Shown here in pieces: positions 50,291-61,991 of a stretch of DNA of 64,000 nucleotides. A program made the position numbers and the translations under genes. The stretch spans positions 384,001 through 448,000 of the forward strand of contig OZ223269.1 of the NCBI GenBank assembly GCA_965140585.1, in the 5' to 3' direction. Source of the stretch: Spirochaetia bacterium (lineage in GTDB: Bacteria; Spirochaetota; Spirochaetia; UBA9216). The notes beneath the pieces are model-generated. The model was not told the origin of the DNA, did not search any database, and saw only the letters and a list, made by a program, of their open reading frames with translations. Within the stretch, counting starts at the first letter, position 1. Each line of letters starts with the position of its first letter.

Positions 50291-51517
50291 AGCTGCCAAT
50301 CCTGCAAGAACGCCGAATAATATCCTGTATGAATCAGCTCCGGTATATGAAAGGACATCAAGCATTTTACCGCTGAGTACTGATATTCCAAGGCTCAACG
50401 GAAGCATGAGTACTGGTGCTGCAGCAAAATGACTTGTCGCATCAGGCTTTCCTGAAATAATTTTGATTGCCGGAGCATAGATCAGGCTTCTGATCGATCT
50501 TGCTAAACCCAGAAGAAGACTGGCAGCCAGAAATCCCGCAATATTCGTGCAGAAAATCAATATAATGATCCCGGGCACACTGAAAAAACGTGAAAGTATA
50601 CATTTATTTTTCAAGCTGAGCAGATTAAAACTTCCCAGTAATACATTTGAGATAATCTGTCCAAGGAAATAGACTCCGACAAATATACCTGCTGCAGCAG
50701 CGGCCGAGATGCCGTGGTACTGAACAGCATAATTAGCATAGAATGAAAGCACGGTGATAATAGCATAGAGCTCAAGATCTCCGAAAAGGAATTTCAGAAG
50801 GTTTCTGTCTTTAATAATAATCTCGATGGAATTAAGAATATATTTAAAAAAACCGGTTCCCATTGCGTCCCTGGTTTCGGCAGAGTCCTCTGTTTCAGGT
50901 TCTTTTGTGAGCAGAAATCCGAATGAACCGAAAAAGAATAAAGCGCCGCAGAGCAAAAACAGTATCGTAGATGATTCAGGTGTAACCTCTTTGTCTGTAA
51001 AATATCCGGCAAGCAGGAAACTGCTTATAAGTCTTCCGGCTGTCTGAGCAATAAACATCACTGAAAGTGCCGGAAGGACCGTTTTCTCTGAAAAAAGTTT
51101 AACCAGATAATTCTGCCAGACCGGAAGAACCATTCCAATTCCGAAATTGAAGACTCCGTAACTTATAAAAAATACAGGCAGAGTGTATTTTGAAAATCCG
51201 GATGTTGCTAATAGAAAAAATCCAAAACCTGAAATAAAGATAGCAGGGTAAAGATGATAAAGCAGTACCGAGCGTCTTTTTTTGGTCAGTGCTCTGGTTC
51301 TGTAGGCAGACACCAGACCGAAAAAGGCCTGACCAATGAAAAAGAATCCGGGAACAAAGGAGATAAGAAAACTGCTTGCACCAAGTTCTTTTAAAAACAG
51401 CTGGAGGAATGTAGATTCAAGAACAAGAGGCAATCCGAGTCCCCAGAAAAATTCAACTGTAGAGATCCCGGCTGTATTGAGTGTAAAATTCCCGACTTCA
51501 TGTTTGTGGTCTTTCAT
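50246..51517 (-). CDS. MFS transporter
   Basis: About 12 hydrophobic helices. Start set at ATG 51517 because the longer ORF overlaps the divergent HAD gene. Confidence 0.8.
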   Translation of the reverse strand: MKDHKHEVGNFTLNTAGISTVEFFWGLGLPLVLESTFLQLFLKELGASSFLISFVPGFFFIGQAFFGLVSAYRTRALTKKRRSVLLYHLYPAIFISGFGFFLLATSGFSKYTLPVFFISYGVFNFGIGMVLPVWQNYLVKLFSEKTVLPALSVMFIAQTAGRLISSFLLAGYFTDKEVTPESSTILFLLCGALFFFGSFGFLLTKEPETEDSAETRDAMGTGFFKYILNSIEIIIKDRNLLKFLFGDLELYAIITVLSFYANYAVQYHGISAAAAAGIFVGVYFLGQIISNVLLGSFNLLSLKNKCILSRFFSVPGIIILIFCTNIAGFLAASLLLGLARSIRSLIYAPAIKIISGKPDATSHFAAAPVLMLPLSLGISVLSGKMLDVLSYTGADSYRILFGVLAGLAALSLLFIIRTDFRSS

Positions 51518-51568
51518 TAAGCGCGATATTATACTAAAGTAAGTCTGTAAATCAACGGGGAGCTGGGA

Positions 51569-52252
51569 ATGAAATTCAAACTCCTGATCTTTGATCTGGA
51601 TAATACTGTTTTTGACTACAATATGGCAGAAAATTTTGCACTTGATGAAACATTTCGTCATTTCGAATTGGAAACCTCTGAAGCGTTGAAGGAATCGTAC
51701 CGCGTTGTAAATGAGGCAACATGGCAGCGGTATGAAAAAGGTGAGATTACTTCCGAGCAGCTGCGTATAAAAAGATTTGAGACATTCGGAAGCCTGCACG
51801 ATTTTAACTGGGATGCCGCGGTAGTAAGCCGTGTATACCTGGAAAATCTCGGAAAGGGCGGTTTTATGATAGATGGGGCTGAAGAGATAGTCTTTGAAAC
51901 CGCTGAAAAATTCAGAATAGCTTCTGTTACAAACGGTATTTCTGATGTTCAGAGGTCAAGACTGACCAACTCACCTCTGAAGGATATATTTAATCCGCTT
52001 GTCATTTCCGATGAAGTAGGTGTTGCAAAACCCAATCCTGAAATATTCAGAATCCTCATGGAGAAATCCGGAATCAATGAGTCTGACAGTATTCTAATGA
52101 TTGGTGACGGACTTTCTTCAGATATTCAGGGTGCTATTAACGCAGGTATAAAAAGCTGCTGGTTCAATCCTGATGATGCTCCGTTACCTGATGGAATAAA
52201 ACCGGATTATATAATAAAAAAACTCAGCGAACTGAGAGACATTATTTACTGA
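51569..52252 (+). CDS. YjjG-like HAD nucleotidase
   Basis: FDLDNT, TNG, KPNPEIF, IGDGLSSDIQG. Confidence 0.9.
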   Translation: MKFKLLIFDLDNTVFDYNMAENFALDETFRHFELETSEALKESYRVVNEATWQRYEKGEITSEQLRIKRFETFGSLHDFNWDAAVVSRVYLENLGKGGFMIDGAEEIVFETAEKFRIASVTNGISDVQRSRLTNSPLKDIFNPLVISDEVGVAKPNPEIFRILMEKSGINESDSILMIGDGLSSDIQGAINAGIKSCWFNPDDAPLPDGIKPDYIIKKLSELRDIIY

Positions 52253-52269
52253 GAGGAATTAAAGCGCAA

Positions 52270-52650
52270 ATGGCATATTCAGATGATTTTATAAGACAGG
52301 CTGAAAGAGGAATTAAAAAAGAGGGCAGGCTTGATCCTGAAAAAATAAGAGCAATTCTGTTCAGCTTTCTCGATAATATTCCTGAAGACCTGTGCTGGGA
52401 TATTTTTAACCGTTTTAGTGAAGCTGTTAATGAGGCAGCTGAAGACCGTTCCAAAGCCGACAGTCTGTTAACCCTGCTTGCAGCAGTGGTGGATCTGTTT
52501 GAAGGTGAATATGATGAAAAATCGGGACTGATTGGCGATGAAAATCTTAAATACATCAGTGAAGGTGTAAATGACTATGCGCTTGACATGTCCGATGATA
52601 TTTTGATGAATGTAATGGGCGTTGCAGTCTCAAGAAAACTGCTTGATTAA
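52270..52650 (+). CDS. Hypothetical acidic protein
   Basis: GAGG RBS; operon-like spacing. Confidence 0.7.
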   Translation: MAYSDDFIRQAERGIKKEGRLDPEKIRAILFSFLDNIPEDLCWDIFNRFSEAVNEAAEDRSKADSLLTLLAAVVDLFEGEYDEKSGLIGDENLKYISEGVNDYALDMSDDILMNVMGVAVSRKLLD

Positions 52651-52665
52651 AGGAGTACCTGAAAA

Positions 52666-53295
52666 ATGATCAAAGTTGAACAATTTACACTCGGCGCATG
52701 GATGGTTAATTCATACGTAGTTTATCCTGAAGGTCAGAAAAACTGCTGGATTATCGACGCTGGTTTTGAGCCTGAACCAATGATAGAGGCTTTAAAGGCT
52801 AAAGATTTGAAGCCTGAAATGCTTATATATACACACGCGCATCTTGATCATATTGCAGGCGGCGAGGCTGTAGCAAAAGCATTTCCTGGAATTAAATCGG
52901 CTATCCATACCGATGAAGCTGCATTTCTATCAGATTCTTCACTGAACATGTCCTCCCAGATGGGGATGAATATAACTGCACCTGCAGCCGAGCTTATCCT
53001 TGCCGACGGTCAGGAGCTTGAAATAGGCGGCAGTACCTTCAAAGTAATTCATACACCCGGTCACAGCCCCGGCGGTATCTGTCTTTACTGTGAAGATGCC
53101 AGACTGATGTTCTCGGGCGACACACTCTTTGAAGGTTCAGTAGGCCGTTACGACTTTCCGACCTCCGATGGTGAAAAACTGTTTAAATCGATTAGAGAGA
53201 AGCTTCTGTTTCTGCCGGAAGATACGAAGGTATACCCGGGGCATGGTAATTCCACACGAATAGGCCGTGAAAAGAGGTCCAACCCCTTTTTATAG
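52666..53295 (+). CDS. Metallo-beta-lactamase fold hydrolase (glyoxalase II/YcbL-like)
   Basis: THAHLDH, HTPGHSPG, SGDTLF, PGHG. Confidence 0.92.
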   Translation: MIKVEQFTLGAWMVNSYVVYPEGQKNCWIIDAGFEPEPMIEALKAKDLKPEMLIYTHAHLDHIAGGEAVAKAFPGIKSAIHTDEAAFLSDSSLNMSSQMGMNITAPAAELILADGQELEIGGSTFKVIHTPGHSPGGICLYCEDARLMFSGDTLFEGSVGRYDFPTSDGEKLFKSIREKLLFLPEDTKVYPGHGNSTRIGREKRSNPFL

Positions 53296-53377
53296 GTTCC
53301 AGAGCGGTTGAAAAATTGTAGAAAATCTCCGGTCCTGATGCTATATTACTGAATATAAAAAGTCTTTATGACCGGAG

Positions 53378-54556
53378 ATGTCATTGAAAAAAAGTTTGAT
53401 TCAGTTTCTGATTATTTTACTATCTGTCTTTATGTCTTTATCCTGTATTATTACAGGCCTTCCATGGCTGACCCCTGATAATGCTCCCGAGCTGCCTCTG
53501 GTTCAGCAATGGAAAATAGAAATTGACGCCGCATCTTACGGCAACCTGATTATTCATCAGGATGATTATTTCTATTTTTATAATAACCGTTATGAAAGTC
53601 TTTATGTTATCAACCTCATAGACCATGAAATTATTAACACGTTCAAGCTGGAAGACTGCAGAGCAATGGCCGTTTATGAGGGCAGTATTTACCTTTCAAT
53701 GCCGGTTTCTGATCTATGGTACATTGTAGTTGCTGATCTCTCCGGGAATTACATTGGCAGAATTGAAATTGATGAACAGTACAGTGACTGCAATTATATT
53801 TTTCGGGAGGTTGGCGGCTGCCTCTATTGGGAAAACGGCGGTTATGTGGAATCTCTTGTCCGGCTTGATCTGGATACCGTATCACTTCTTTCAGGTTCGT
53901 CATACACTGCAGAAATAACTGAAGTAGTTGATACGGCTTACGGCATGTCGGAGTATTCAAAGCCTTCGGTTATTGACAATACCGTATATGTCCTGGCTAA
54001 TGAATACGATGCTGAGCCATCCGCCGGCGCAAAAACCAGGCTGATATCTTTTCCGAATACCGAAGATTCATTACTGACTGCTAAATGGCTTGATTGCTAT
54101 ATACCCCTCTATTTTGATTCAGGAATAAAGTATTTTAATTATTCAGCTTTCTATGATAATTACGCACTGGACCTTGTAATGGCAAGCTCTGATGAGCTTT
54201 TTACACGCAGTGAGTACGGTATATGCTCAAATACATCAGATGACTACTGGCTGAATGCTGTAAGCGGAAATACATTATATAAAATTGATTCATACTATAA
54301 GGACGTTAAATGGAGTTTTGAATATTCTTCCAACGAATATGTTTTTGATATTAACCTTCCTCCGGTAGAAATACACGGCGTTGATTATCTGATTACATCG
54401 AATGAAATTCTATTTATTGAGGCTTATACAGGATATGTTATTGCAAAGGATTCTTCTTTTTATGATTCCGGTTATGAAGTAAATGCAATTGCATACGGAG
54501 ACCTGCTTGTTGTTCAGGATCAAACCGGAATTACGGCATTTCAGGCAAGGTGGTAA
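53378..54556 (+). CDS. Hypothetical lipoprotein, PQQ-like beta-propeller
   Basis: MSLSC lipobox; repeated beta-blade patterns (QQWKIE, VKWSFE). Confidence 0.6.
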   Translation: MSLKKSLIQFLIILLSVFMSLSCIITGLPWLTPDNAPELPLVQQWKIEIDAASYGNLIIHQDDYFYFYNNRYESLYVINLIDHEIINTFKLEDCRAMAVYEGSIYLSMPVSDLWYIVVADLSGNYIGRIEIDEQYSDCNYIFREVGGCLYWENGGYVESLVRLDLDTVSLLSGSSYTAEITEVVDTAYGMSEYSKPSVIDNTVYVLANEYDAEPSAGAKTRLISFPNTEDSLLTAKWLDCYIPLYFDSGIKYFNYSAFYDNYALDLVMASSDELFTRSEYGICSNTSDDYWLNAVSGNTLYKIDSYYKDVKWSFEYSSNEYVFDINLPPVEIHGVDYLITSNEILFIEAYTGYVIAKDSSFYDSGYEVNAIAYGDLLVVQDQTGITAFQARW

Positions 54557-54567
54557 CGGAGATAGCA

Positions 54568-55898
54568 TGATGATAAAAAAAGTAAAAATTGCAGCAGTCA
54601 TTATTTCCCCTTTACTGATGTTCGCATGTTTTTTTGATACCTACTATGAGCAGACACCATTGATAAGCAGGGCCGAATTCGGAACAATTACCGCAGACGG
54701 CACTGATATTACTGCGGCAGTGGAAGCTGGTGAATACTTTCATATTACCGGGGCCGGTGCTGTAGAGTATCAGTTTACCGCCAATGATTCTGCAGGGGTA
54801 GAGTTTGTGAAATGGGCTCTTCACGACGGCTACGATTCAGCGGTTTTACCTGATGGGGAATCGATAGTTATTAACGATGAAAACGGCAGCTGCATCTATC
54901 CGTATATAAATATGCCGCACTTTGAGGAGATTTATGCTGATTCCCTAAATGATGAATTACTTGCGGTATGTGTCGATAATGACGGCAGCAGCAGTTTTAA
55001 AATAATTTCATTCAGTTCAGGCCTGCCCACTTTAATTAGTGATGTTGACGTTGAGCTTGATGAAATACAGGGGTTCGCAGACGGAATTATATACTATCTT
55101 TCAGACGGCACGCTCCGGGCTTTGTCTGTTTCCGATTTACAGGATAGTTCAGTAATCATTATTGAATCCATGAAAGCCGACACATCAGCGGACTTCGACT
55201 ACTGGCTATACTTAAGCAGCGGATATATCCTGTTTCGGAATATTTATTCTGATGATACAGCCGATTACACCGTTTATAATATAAGCACAAAAACTTCCGA
55301 TTCTTACACCGATTCAATTCAGACCGGACGGGAGGCTCCTGTTCTTTCTGAAGACGGGCTTGTTATTCTTTCTGCCGAATACAGCGGAAGTGTTTCAAAT
55401 ATAAGCAGTATTGACCTTGATACTGATACTAAATTAAGCCTTGTTGGTCCGGATGCTGAAGGCCGGCTTAGGCTGACCGATTTCCGGAAAGACCTGGGGG
55501 AGTTTTCCTATACCAGAAGTGTTTTAGAATATGACAGCGGTACAAACAGTCTTGCGGCCTCTACAGAGTATTATCTTTATACCGGCGGAAGTTCCACTCA
55601 GTTGGATACGAGGGCTCAGTACTCTCCGGCGGCTGGATGGATGCAGGTAGATAGCCGAGACAATCAGACGGTCTTTCTCAGTATCAATACAGCTGATATG
55701 AGTACCTCTGAAATCTTTTCAGTTGATATTCCCCAGAATGATATTGAAGAAATTCTTCCAGGGGTTTTTACCGGCACAGATATTATGCTTAAGGATCTTG
55801 ATACTTATGCTCAGAATGGTGGATTTAATAAAATTATGATCTATAGCAGGGCCGATAACAAGTTGCAGGATTATTTCGCAGTTTCAGTATTTGAATAA
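54568..55898 (+). CDS. Hypothetical acidic beta-rich lipoprotein
   Basis: MMIKK...LMFAC lipobox after a GGAG RBS. Confidence 0.6.
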
Positions 55899-55981
55899 AA
55901 ATATCCTTCGGGAAATAATTTTTAAAACCTCTTATAAATGATATACTATGTTGTTCAAATTGATTTAAAGAGAGGTGTTGT

Positions 55982-57688
55982 ATGGCCAGAACCAAAGATA
56001 ACCCCAGACCCTGGGAGAATCTTCTACCGTGGAAAGGTAAACTTTATACAGGTGAGTTTCCGACCCTGCCGGAACTGTTTGCTGTTTCCGTAGACCGTTA
56101 CCCTGATCGCAGGTGTTTCACCTGCTATGATCCTACAGAGATGGTTTTTACCTACAGCCAGGCCGCTGAAAAAGTGGATACCATCTGTAACTATCTGCTT
56201 AGTCTGGGTGTTAAAAAAGGCGACAGAGTCGGATTGACCGGTAAAAATTCGCCCGAGTGGGCAATCTCCTATCTGGCGATCTTAAATACAGGCGCCGTTG
56301 TAGTTCCGGTTGATTACGCATTAAAGACCGATGAAGTTTCAGGTTTGCTTGAATTTGCAGACGTGAATGTAATTTTTGTCGATGAAGAAAAATATGACAG
56401 TTTGACGCCTGAAACGCCATCAGGAAAACTTGTCAAAATTTCACTTTCACCTAAAAAAGACAATTATGTGCTCGATATTGATTTTTCTGAAGAAATTGAG
56501 CATGAAAAAGCAGGTGAAGATGATCTTGCCGCTATCCTATTTACCTCGGGAACAACCGGGGATCCCAAGGGTGCAATGCTGACCCATAAAAATTTCGTCT
56601 CCGACTGTTTTATGTTTCAGGGCAATATGAATATCTACCATACTGACGTTTTTTATGCCCTTCTGCCTATTCATCACTCATATACCATGCTCGCGGTATT
56701 TATTGAGGCAATCTCTGTAGGCGCAGAACTTGTTTTTGCCAAAAAAATCGTTGTACAGCAGATATTCAAGGATCTTAAAAAAGCCCGCGTGACTATGTTT
56801 CTCGGCATCCCGATGCTGTATAACAAGATTATTAAGGGTCTGATGAACGGAATAAGGGAGAAGGGTATTGTTGTATATGCGGTGATCAGAGCTCTGATGG
56901 GATTCAGCGGACTTATAAAAAAACTTTTTAATGTAAATATAGGCAAGAAACTTTTTAAGGGGATACTTTCAAAAGTTTCACTTGATACTAACCGTATCTG
57001 TATATGCGGAGGAAGCCCTCTCCCTGCTTCCACATTTAAATATTTTAATCAGTTCGGAATTGACTTTGTTGTCGGCTATGGGCTGACCGAAGCAGCGCCT
57101 GGGCTGACCCTCAATCCGATTTATGCCTATCGTGAAAGTTCAATAGGAAAAATCATTCCCCTCGTCGAGATGAAAGTAATTGACCCCGATGAAGACGGCA
57201 ACGGTGAACTTATTGCTTCCGGACCTAATATTATGAAGGGATACTTTAAAAATGTGGAAGCAACAAAGGCTGCCTTTACTGAAGACGGCTGGCTGCTCAC
57301 AGGTGATGTCGGTTATATAGATGATGAACGATATGTTTATCTTACAGGCCGAAAAAAGAATATGATTGTTACCGAGGGCGGAAAAAATGTATACCCTGAA
57401 GAGATAGAGGACGAGTTCCAGCTCTATGATGAAATTGAACAGATAATGGTAAAGGGATACATTCTTGATGAGAAGATGAAGACTGAAGGAATTGAAGCCT
57501 ATATTTATCCATCCGAAGCCTACTCAAAAGACAACACTGCTGAAGAGATGAAAGTCCGCTTTGATGAAATCATTGCCGAAGTAAACCGGGCACTTCTTCC
57601 TTATAAAAGAATAACGCGAATTTCCGTTCTTGATGAGGCCATGGAGATGTCTTCAACAAAAAAAATTAAAAGGTTTACAGTAAAATAA
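55982..57688 (+). CDS. Long-chain fatty acid--CoA ligase (AMP-binding)
   Basis: FTSGTTGDPKG, GYGLTE, TGD.G, GRKKN.IV..GGKNVYPEE. Confidence 0.9.
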   Translation: MARTKDNPRPWENLLPWKGKLYTGEFPTLPELFAVSVDRYPDRRCFTCYDPTEMVFTYSQAAEKVDTICNYLLSLGVKKGDRVGLTGKNSPEWAISYLAILNTGAVVVPVDYALKTDEVSGLLEFADVNVIFVDEEKYDSLTPETPSGKLVKISLSPKKDNYVLDIDFSEEIEHEKAGEDDLAAILFTSGTTGDPKGAMLTHKNFVSDCFMFQGNMNIYHTDVFYALLPIHHSYTMLAVFIEAISVGAELVFAKKIVVQQIFKDLKKARVTMFLGIPMLYNKIIKGLMNGIREKGIVVYAVIRALMGFSGLIKKLFNVNIGKKLFKGILSKVSLDTNRICICGGSPLPASTFKYFNQFGIDFVVGYGLTEAAPGLTLNPIYAYRESSIGKIIPLVEMKVIDPDEDGNGELIASGPNIMKGYFKNVEATKAAFTEDGWLLTGDVGYIDDERYVYLTGRKKNMIVTEGGKNVYPEEIEDEFQLYDEIEQIMVKGYILDEKMKTEGIEAYIYPSEAYSKDNTAEEMKVRFDEIIAEVNRALLPYKRITRISVLDEAMEMSSTKKIKRFTVK

Positions 57689-58848
57689 TGACAGGGATAT
57701 CTAAAAAAGTAATTTTTACGGCATTAGCTGCAATACTTTTCTTTGTTTCATTTCATTTTATTTCTGCAGAAGAAATATACATGGAAGATCTTGGTTTTGT
57801 TGTGGATCTTCCAATTGGCTGGGACGTCATGGATGTATCTGAAACAAGGTATACTTTCAATGATTTTACCGGAGATGCCTTTCTTCAGATAAAGGTTTAT
57901 CCCGGAGATACCTACGAAAGTGCCGAGACCATGTTTGATGAAGTTGGGAAAAAGCTTCAGGCCTCCGGAGAGGGGGAGCTGTTTGACTACTACGGGCGCC
58001 AAGCAATATTTGCAATTATCAATTTTGCATCCGGTAATTTTCAGTACAGTGGTTACGGAATTTTTGCGGACGGTCTGGATTATGATCTGGCGGTTATTTC
58101 ATTCTGCTCGCCTGAACAGAGTACAAAACTAAATGACTATATAGTTTCTGCGCTTGATTCATTCTCACTGAATACAGGAGGACGTCAGCTGCCGGGGCCG
58201 GTCAGCACTTATTACCACTCTTCATACACGGAGAAAGAGCGTAAAACAGCCGCAACCGTTTTCGAGGGCGAGCCTTTAACATGGCAGGTTGATATGCATG
58301 CTGTTGAAACTTCACAGACTCTGATTGAACGTGAAGCGAGGATATTGGCAGACTACCGTCCGCAGGATTCCGCAGGAGTTGAAGCATGGAAGCGCTTTTA
58401 CAGGATGATCTACCGCGACTGCTATTCAAAACTTGATTATCCTGCAGCGCTGATCGAGGAGCGGCTTGCGGACAGTAATGATTCTTATAACACAGCAGTC
58501 CGTCTTCTTGACTGGCTGCAGGGCTTTAATTATTCAAGAACCGGCGGATCAGACCTGCTCAGTCCATTGTATGCCGCCGCTTTTGAAGACGGTGACTGCG
58601 ACAGCCGTGCACTGCTTTACACAATCCTGTTAAATCATTATGGTATTGATTCCGTCGTCATGGTTTCGGCAGTACACAGCCACGCAATGGGTACTGCTGA
58701 TGTACCGGGGCCCGGAGCCAGGATGAGATATAAGGATAAGGCATATCTGGTTGCTGAGACTACAGCTGATGTTGCACTGGGACAGATTGCTTCCGACATG
58801 TCAGATCCGGCAAACTGGGTAGTGATTCCATTTTTGGAGGGATATTAA
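57688..58848 (+). CDS. Secreted protein with C-terminal transglutaminase-like domain
   Basis: Signal peptide; GDCDSRALL...HA...ETT Cys-His-Glu/Asp pattern. Confidence 0.6.
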   Translation: MTGISKKVIFTALAAILFFVSFHFISAEEIYMEDLGFVVDLPIGWDVMDVSETRYTFNDFTGDAFLQIKVYPGDTYESAETMFDEVGKKLQASGEGELFDYYGRQAIFAIINFASGNFQYSGYGIFADGLDYDLAVISFCSPEQSTKLNDYIVSALDSFSLNTGGRQLPGPVSTYYHSSYTEKERKTAATVFEGEPLTWQVDMHAVETSQTLIEREARILADYRPQDSAGVEAWKRFYRMIYRDCYSKLDYPAALIEERLADSNDSYNTAVRLLDWLQGFNYSRTGGSDLLSPLYAAAFEDGDCDSRALLYTILLNHYGIDSVVMVSAVHSHAMGTADVPGPGARMRYKDKAYLVAETTADVALGQIASDMSDPANWVVIPFLEGY

Positions 58849-59157
58849 TTGGAACTTAAAGGTTATCAGAGAAGTTATCTGACAAAACTTGCACACGATA
58901 TTAAACCGCTTGTCATGATAGGAGCGAAGGGGCTGACAGATGCTGTTGTTAAACAGGCCGAGCAGGTTCTTGAATTAAACGAGCTTGTAAAGATTAAGTT
59001 TGTTGATTTTAAAAGCGGCCGGAAAGAAATTTCTGTAAAGCTAGCAGCGCTTACACACGCAGAATTGATTCGGGTAATTGGAAACACAGCAATACTCTAT
59101 AAAAAAGCTGTGAATCCGGAAAATCGCCAGATTTCAGTCCCCGTAAAAAAGAAATAA
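58849..59157 (+). CDS. yhbY: CRM-domain RNA-binding protein YhbY
   Basis: QR.YL..LAH...P.V.IG..G, ELVKIK, IGN..ILY. Confidence 0.9.
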   Translation: MELKGYQRSYLTKLAHDIKPLVMIGAKGLTDAVVKQAEQVLELNELVKIKFVDFKSGRKEISVKLAALTHAELIRVIGNTAILYKKAVNPENRQISVPVKKK

Positions 59158-59161
59158 CAGC

Positions 59162-59653
59162 CTACTGATTATCGTACTGGAGTACTTCATCTTCAACATA
59201 CTCCAGTGAAACACCGGCTTCCAGGAACATCTGCTCCGATTCCCCGCCGGCGTGATATTTTTTTTCACAGACAACGCGTGATATTCCGCAATTAATAATA
59301 AGCATCGCACAGGTCCGGCAGGGAGTCATTCTGCAGTAAAGGGTGGCTCCGTCTATCGCTATCCCGCGTCTTGCCGCCTGACAAATGGCATTCTGTTCAG
59401 CGTGTACTGTTCTCACACAGTGCTGGGTAACGCTTCCGTCCTCATGCATCATTTTTTTCATCTGGTGGCCGACCTCATCGCAGTGCGGAAGTCCTGTCGG
59501 GGAGCCCACATAGCCTGTAACAAGAAGCTGTTTTTCTTTGGCTATAACACAGCCGCTGCGCCCGCGATCACAGGTAGCCCTTTTTGATATGGCGTTTGCG
59601 ACTTCCATGAAGTATTCATCCCAGCTCGGTCTTTTGTATTCAGTTTCAGACAT
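59162..59653 (-). CDS. dCMP deaminase/ComEB family
   Basis: RPSWDEYF, HAEQNA, PCRTC. Confidence 0.92.
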   Translation of the reverse strand: MSETEYKRPSWDEYFMEVANAISKRATCDRGRSGCVIAKEKQLLVTGYVGSPTGLPHCDEVGHQMKKMMHEDGSVTQHCVRTVHAEQNAICQAARRGIAIDGATLYCRMTPCRTCAMLIINCGISRVVCEKKYHAGGESEQMFLEAGVSLEYVEDEVLQYDNQ

Positions 59654-59798
59654 CTATGACTCCTGCAGACAGTATATGTCGAAATAGACAGGTCTTACAA
59701 GAAATTTTACATATAACCATAAAGTGGTATTTTCCCAACTAAGTAAAAACCGATATAAATCAATGTAAATAAACTAATTCATAACAGGAGCCTTTTTA

Positions 59799-60272
59799 AT
59801 GTTCAGAAAAAACAGAACCTTGCTTATTCTTTTCTTCCTGCTGATGATATTTTCTTCATGCAGCATTGTCGGAAATTTTATTTTCCCGCAGATTGGAACA
59901 TGGCTGATGGAAGAAGAAGAGGAAGCTTACGGCATGACTTTTGTTTTTCGCTATTATATGACTCTCGATATGAACCAGTATAAATTGGTTATCCAGATGG
60001 GCGATGGTGACGAGTTTATGGATATGTATGCTTTTCTTGGTACCTACGAAGTTGAGGACGGAAGCATGTATGTAACTATCCGTTATACTAAAGATGCTGA
60101 ATATAATGAGTCAACCGGCGAGTACGTTCTTCCTGATGACTGGACTGAACTTCCCTCAGAATCTATTACAATCGATACATCCACTTATATGATAGATGGC
60201 GACACTTTAACACTTTCATATTCTGTTGATTCTGAAACTGTAACAGAAACTTATATCAAAGTTACTGAATAA
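59799..60272 (+). CDS. Hypothetical lipoprotein (lipocalin-like barrel)
   Basis: FSSC lipobox; IGTW, GTYEV, DGDTLTL. Confidence 0.65.
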   Translation: MFRKNRTLLILFFLLMIFSSCSIVGNFIFPQIGTWLMEEEEEAYGMTFVFRYYMTLDMNQYKLVIQMGDGDEFMDMYAFLGTYEVEDGSMYVTIRYTKDAEYNESTGEYVLPDDWTELPSESITIDTSTYMIDGDTLTLSYSVDSETVTETYIKVTE

Positions 60273-60283
60273 TCCCGCCAAAA

Positions 60284-60313
60284 AAAAGCCGTCCGGATGT
60301 CCGGACGGCTTTT
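60284..60313. terminator. Bidirectional rho-independent terminator
   Basis: AAAAGCCGTCCGGA-tg-TCCGGACGGCTTTT. Confidence 0.85.
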
Positions 60314-60335
60314 ATATGAATGAAATTAAAATACA

Positions 60336-61991
60336 TTATTTATGTTCAAGTGTAAGTGTCAAAGTAGGGGCATTGCATACTTCATCGGGTCCGTAGTACT
60401 GAATAGCACCGGGGAATCTGAATGATGTTTTCACTGCCCACTCGTCTCTTTTGGATGCGAATTCCTTAAAAGGAGCACCGTCGAGCTCCACAAGAGCCTT
60501 TTTAATTACGGGCTTATCCTTTCCATGTCTTCGCTCAAGATTCATCATCATAGTTACAGGAATACCTCCGGCAATCCATTCAGCCGCAGGTTTTGAAAGA
60601 TTCTTGACAGACGACATATAACCTGTGAGACCGTTTGCAATGAGAGCAAAGGCTGTGTATCCGAGTACGTAGCAGTAATCGGAATCGAAGTTTGACGGAA
60701 ATGCACAGCGGCCTTCATAACCGAAGAAGTGGTGCTGGTGGCTGAAAGCTCCCTTGAACTTGCCTTCACTTTTTAATTCTTTAAGTCTTGATTCTACCAT
60801 TTCGATAAGAAGCTGTTCAGTCTCAATTCTTGAAACCTGGACATTCCCGTGAGGATCTCTGTCCATAAGAAGCTGTCTCTGAATGTTTGATGGCAGTGAA
60901 GAAAAAGCATAGGAAGAATCTTTTGAAAGATTTTTATTTATCCATTCGGCCTGATCCTCGAAGGTATGAAGCGTATCATAGTAATCAGCCTTCTCTGCAA
61001 GCAGGTTGTTAAGTTCACTGATGAGTGCACCTATTTCAGGAATAAACTCGATCAGCCCCTCAGGAATAAGACCGACACCGAAGTTTTCTCCGTTCTCCGC
61101 ACGCCTGACGACAATGGCGGCGATGTCTTCTACGATCTGGTTGAGGCTCATTTTCTTTTCCTCTACCTCTTCAGAGATGAGGGTGAATGAAGGCTGAGTC
61201 TGAAGTGCACATTCAAGAGCTATATGTGAAGCGGAACGGCCCATCAGTTTGATAAAGTGCCAGTACTTCTTTGCGGAGTTTGCATCTCTTTCGATGTTTC
61301 CGATGAGTTCAGCATAAGTTTTTGTAGCGGTATCAAAGCCGAAAGATGTTTCAATGTGTTCATTTTTAAGATCACCGTCGATAGTCTTTGGACAGCCGAT
61401 AACTTGAACACCTGCATCCTTTGATGCAAAGTACTCTGCGAGCATTGCCGCATTAGTGTTTGAATCGTCTCCGCCGATAATTACAATTGCAGTTATATTA
61501 TTTTTTTTGCATACTTCAAGGCTAATATCGAACTGCTCTGTAGTTTCAAGCTTGGTTCGTCCTGAGCCGATAATATCGAATCCGCCCGTATTACGGTATT
61601 CATCAATAACAGCCGGTGTAAGTTCTATTTTTTTATCTTCAACAAGACCGGAAGGGCCTCCGAGAAATCCGAAAAGTTTTGATTCACTGTTTCCGGCTTT
61701 GATTCCGTCAAACAGACCGGCGATAACATTGTGACCACCGGGCGCCTGGCCTCCGGAGAGGATAACACCAACGTTTATCTTTTTGGATGCATCAGCATTC
61801 GCAGCTTCCACAAGTTTAGCTACCGGCATTCCATAGGTAGATTTAAAAAGCTTCTGTAATTCATCCTGATCGGAAACTGACTGTGTAGGTGCTCCCTTTT
61901 CGATGTTTATAGATCCGACACTCTTTTTTAAAATCTCGGGAAGGTGCGGTTTATAGTTATAACGCTCCTTCTGAAGAGGTGAATAACTCAT
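60336..61991 (-). CDS. pfp: Pyrophosphate-dependent phosphofructokinase
   Basis: [37 protein letters not shown]; AGGAG RBS before ATG 61991. Confidence 0.95.
   Translation of the reverse strand: MSYSPLQKERYNYKPHLPEILKKSVGSINIEKGAPTQSVSDQDELQKLFKSTYGMPVAKLVEAANADASKKINVGVILSGGQAPGGHNVIAGLFDGIKAGNSESKLFGFLGGPSGLVEDKKIELTPAVIDEYRNTGGFDIIGSGRTKLETTEQFDISLEVCKKNNITAIVIIGGDDSNTNAAMLAEYFASKDAGVQVIGCPKTIDGDLKNEHIETSFGFDTATKTYAELIGNIERDANSAKKYWHFIKLMGRSASHIALECALQTQPSFTLISEEVEEKKMSLNQIVEDIAAIVVRRAENGENFGVGLIPEGLIEFIPEIGALISELNNLLAEKADYYDTLHTFEDQAEWINKNLSKDSSYAFSSLPSNIQRQLLMDRDPHGNVQVSRIETEQLLIEMVESRLKELKSEGKFKGAFSHQHHFFGYEGRCAFPSNFDSDYCYVLGYTAFALIANGLTGYMSSVKNLSKPAAEWIAGGIPVTMMMNLERRHGKDKPVIKKALVELDGAPFKEFASKRDEWAVKTSFRFPGAIQYYGPDEVCNAPTLTLTLEHK

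Noticed and set aside
51518-51799. Long N-terminal extension of the MFS ORF
   Set aside because: It overlaps the divergent YjjG-like gene on the opposite strand. ATG 51517 is the more plausible start.
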